A program made the translations under genes and the position numbers. Positions 62,515 to 64,000 of a DNA stretch of 64,000 nt are shown here, piece by piece. This stretch comes from Anaerolineaceae bacterium (GTDB lineage Bacteria; Chloroflexota; Anaerolineae; Anaerolineales; Anaerolineaceae): assembly GCA_035388405.1 (NCBI GenBank), contig DAOOPV010000007.1:63-64062 (forward strand), written 5' to 3'. The first letter of the stretch is position 1; every line of letters starts with the position of its first letter. The notes beneath the pieces were generated by a model that was not told the DNA's origin, ran no database searches, and saw only the letters and a list, made by a program, of their open reading frames with translations.

Positions 62515-64000
62515 CCGGTTTGGTGGTCATGATCTGATAGAGCTTGGTGTCCTTCGGGAAGTGATCGCTGAAAGGAATGATGGTATTGCCGTAAAAAAGC
62601 AAACCCTGACCTTCGCCGCTATGGGTGACATAAGACAATTGATCTTTTGAGATGTTCAGGTGTTTGGCTAAGATTTCCTGATCCCCACTGGCCTGGTTGA
62701 GCATGTAAATAAAATCGGAGTTGTCCAGAATGTTCTCTATTTCCCGCGACGCCAAAAGGTCTTTCACGTTTTGGGTGATGGCAGTTGGAATACCACCCCA
62801 TTTGCGGAAACGTTTCCAAATCTCCACTGAATAGGCAGCGGTTTGCTCCTCCCTGAGCATCAGGTGGAACTCATCCTGATAAAACCAGGTGGTTTTCTTG
62901 ACTGCCCGGTTGCGTGTTACCCGGTTCCAGACCTGATCCTGAATTACCAGCATGCCCAGTTTCTTGAGCTGCTTGCCTAACTCCCGGATATCAAAACAGA
63001 TCAGGCGGTTTTGCGTGTCCACATTGGTTTGGTGATTGAAGACCTTATAGGAGCCTCTGACATAGATCTCCAGGACAGTTGCCAGATATCGCGCGTCGGG
63101 TTCCTCCATTTCCAGCAGACGCGCGTAAAGATCCTCCAGAATAGGCAGGTTTTCAGGGATGGGATCCTGCAAGTACTTTTGGTAAATCAGTTGGACGCAG
63201 CGGTCGAGAACAGACTTTTCTTCCGGTTTGAGACCGCTTTTGCGACCTGCGGCAAGCTCCATGAACGAGAAGATGAAATCCATCTTGAGGGCGACCGGGT
63301 CCTCTTCCTCGCTGTAGTCCAGGTTGAGGTCGAGCGGATTGATATATTGGTTGGAATTGATCGATATTCGCACCACCTCGCCTTGAAGAGCTCGCACTAA
63401 GGGAGCATATTCGCTCTCCGGATCGGTGATGATAATGTCATCCTCCGTTACCAGAAAGGCATTGGTGATCTCGCGCTTGGCAGCGAAGGACTTACCGGAT
63501 CCTGGCGTGCCGATGATCAAGCCATTAGGTGTCTTGAGCTTGCGGCGGTCAGCCATGAGCAGGTTGTTGGAAAGCGCATTCAATCCATAGTACAAAGCCG
63601 GAGCAGGTTGGAAAAGCTCCTGGGTGGTGAAGGGGACGAAAATAGCCGTGGCGGAGGTGGTCAAAGCCCTCTCAATCGGAACGGGGTTAATCCCAAGCGG
63701 TAACATGGCGGCCAGACCGCGTTCCTGCTGATAGTCCAACGGTCGCAGATTGCAATTGGCAGACTGGGCAATGCCAGCGGTTTGGTAATAATCATTTTCC
63801 AGTTTGCGCTTGTTATCGGAGATATTCATTAACAGAAAGGTCACCAAAAAGAGGCGTTCATTCCTGCTTTGCAGGGACTCCAAGAGAGTTTTGGCTTCAG
63901 CGCCATAGGTGACTAAATCACTTGGGAGGATATCCATGTCATACCCGGAGCGAATTGCCTTCTTCTGCTCTTCAATCTTCATCTTGTCCAGGTCAGTAAT
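62504..64000 (-). CDS. VirB4-family type IV secretion ATPase, N-terminal part beyond the window
   Basis: Walker A GTPGSGKSF and Walker B-like WFYQDEFH. The frame stays open upstream of the listed Met at 63982 up to nt 64000, and VirB4 proteins are normally about 600-800 aa. Confidence 0.85.
   Translation of the reverse strand: MTDLDKMKIEEQKKAIRSGYDMDILPSDLVTYGAEAKTLLESLQSRNERLFLVTFLLMNISDNKRKLENDYYQTAGIAQSANCNLRPLDYQQERGLAAMLPLGINPVPIERALTTSATAIFVPFTTQELFQPAPALYYGLNALSNNLLMADRRKLKTPNGLIIGTPGSGKSFAAKREITNAFLVTEDDIIITDPESEYAPLVRALQGEVVRISINSNQYINPLDLNLDYSEEEDPVALKMDFIFSFMELAAGRKSGLKPEEKSVLDRCVQLIYQKYLQDPIPENLPILEDLYARLLEMEEPDARYLATVLEIYVRGSYKVFNHQTNVDTQNRLICFDIRELGKQLKKLGMLVIQDQVWNRVTRNRAVKKTTWFYQDEFHLMLREEQTAAYSVEIWKRFRKWGGIPTAITQNVKDLLASREIENILDNSDFIYMLNQASGDQEILAKHLNISKDQLSYVTHSGEGQGLLFYGNTIIPFSDHFPKDTKLYQIMTTKPDEV

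Larger units (their letters stand above)
50562..64000. mobile_element. Integrative conjugative element (Firmicutes/Clostridia-style MPF-FA type); the far end lies beyond the window
   Basis: A contiguous set of large serine recombinase, sigma70-like and HTH genes, MobC, relaxase, RadC-ArdC protein, DUF4366/DUF4315-like proteins, CHAP hydrolase and VirB4 ATPase. Composition is AT-richer than the 1-44.6 kb backbone. Confidence 0.8.

Overview
The window has three parts. (1) About 1-44.6 kb is a GC-rich chromosomal backbone. My guess is an anaerobic saccharolytic monoderm, possibly Chloroflexota/Anaerolineae-like, at low confidence. It starts with a 5'-truncated large unknown protein, an HD-domain alarmone-hydrolase-like gene and a small membrane protein. 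Next comes an AT-rich two-gene cassette (double zinc ribbon protein plus a 344-aa unknown) sitting between two diverged copies of the same about 0.45-0.65 kb of chromosome. One copy is a decayed MBL-hydrolase gene fragment. A long minus-strand locus follows (7.3-27.2 kb): MBL hydrolase, PfkB kinase, PiT/DUF47 phosphate transport, two HAD-TIM-barrel fusions, a double-HAD protein, an ABC importer, an RpiR regulator, two tandem PRK/uridine-kinase-like plus phosphoglycerate-mutase-like modules, and two more HADs. One of the two mutases is a circularly permuted cofactor-independent PGM. All six HAD domains share a non-canonical DxG(G/N)T motif I. At 27.3-43.7 kb a LacI-family regulator and two copies of a 14-16 bp perfect palindrome control a Thermotoga-type inositol route (IolG/N/M/O-like) joined to UxaE, an SDR reductase, a LarA-family Ni-pincer epimerase, Gnd and a PfkB kinase. 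A GlcD-like flavoenzyme with a ferredoxin-fused EtfAB completes the second operon. (2) 44.7-50.5 kb is an AT-richer accessory block (HAD, ABM, ANT(3'')/(9)-like nucleotidyltransferase, lipoprotein, truncated methyltransferase, alpha/beta hydrolase, GNAT). (3) 50.56 kb to the window end is a Firmicutes-style integrative conjugative element: large serine recombinase, sigma/HTH, MobC, relaxase, RadC-ArdC giant protein, CHAP hydrolase and VirB4. I found no rRNA, tRNA or CRISPR.
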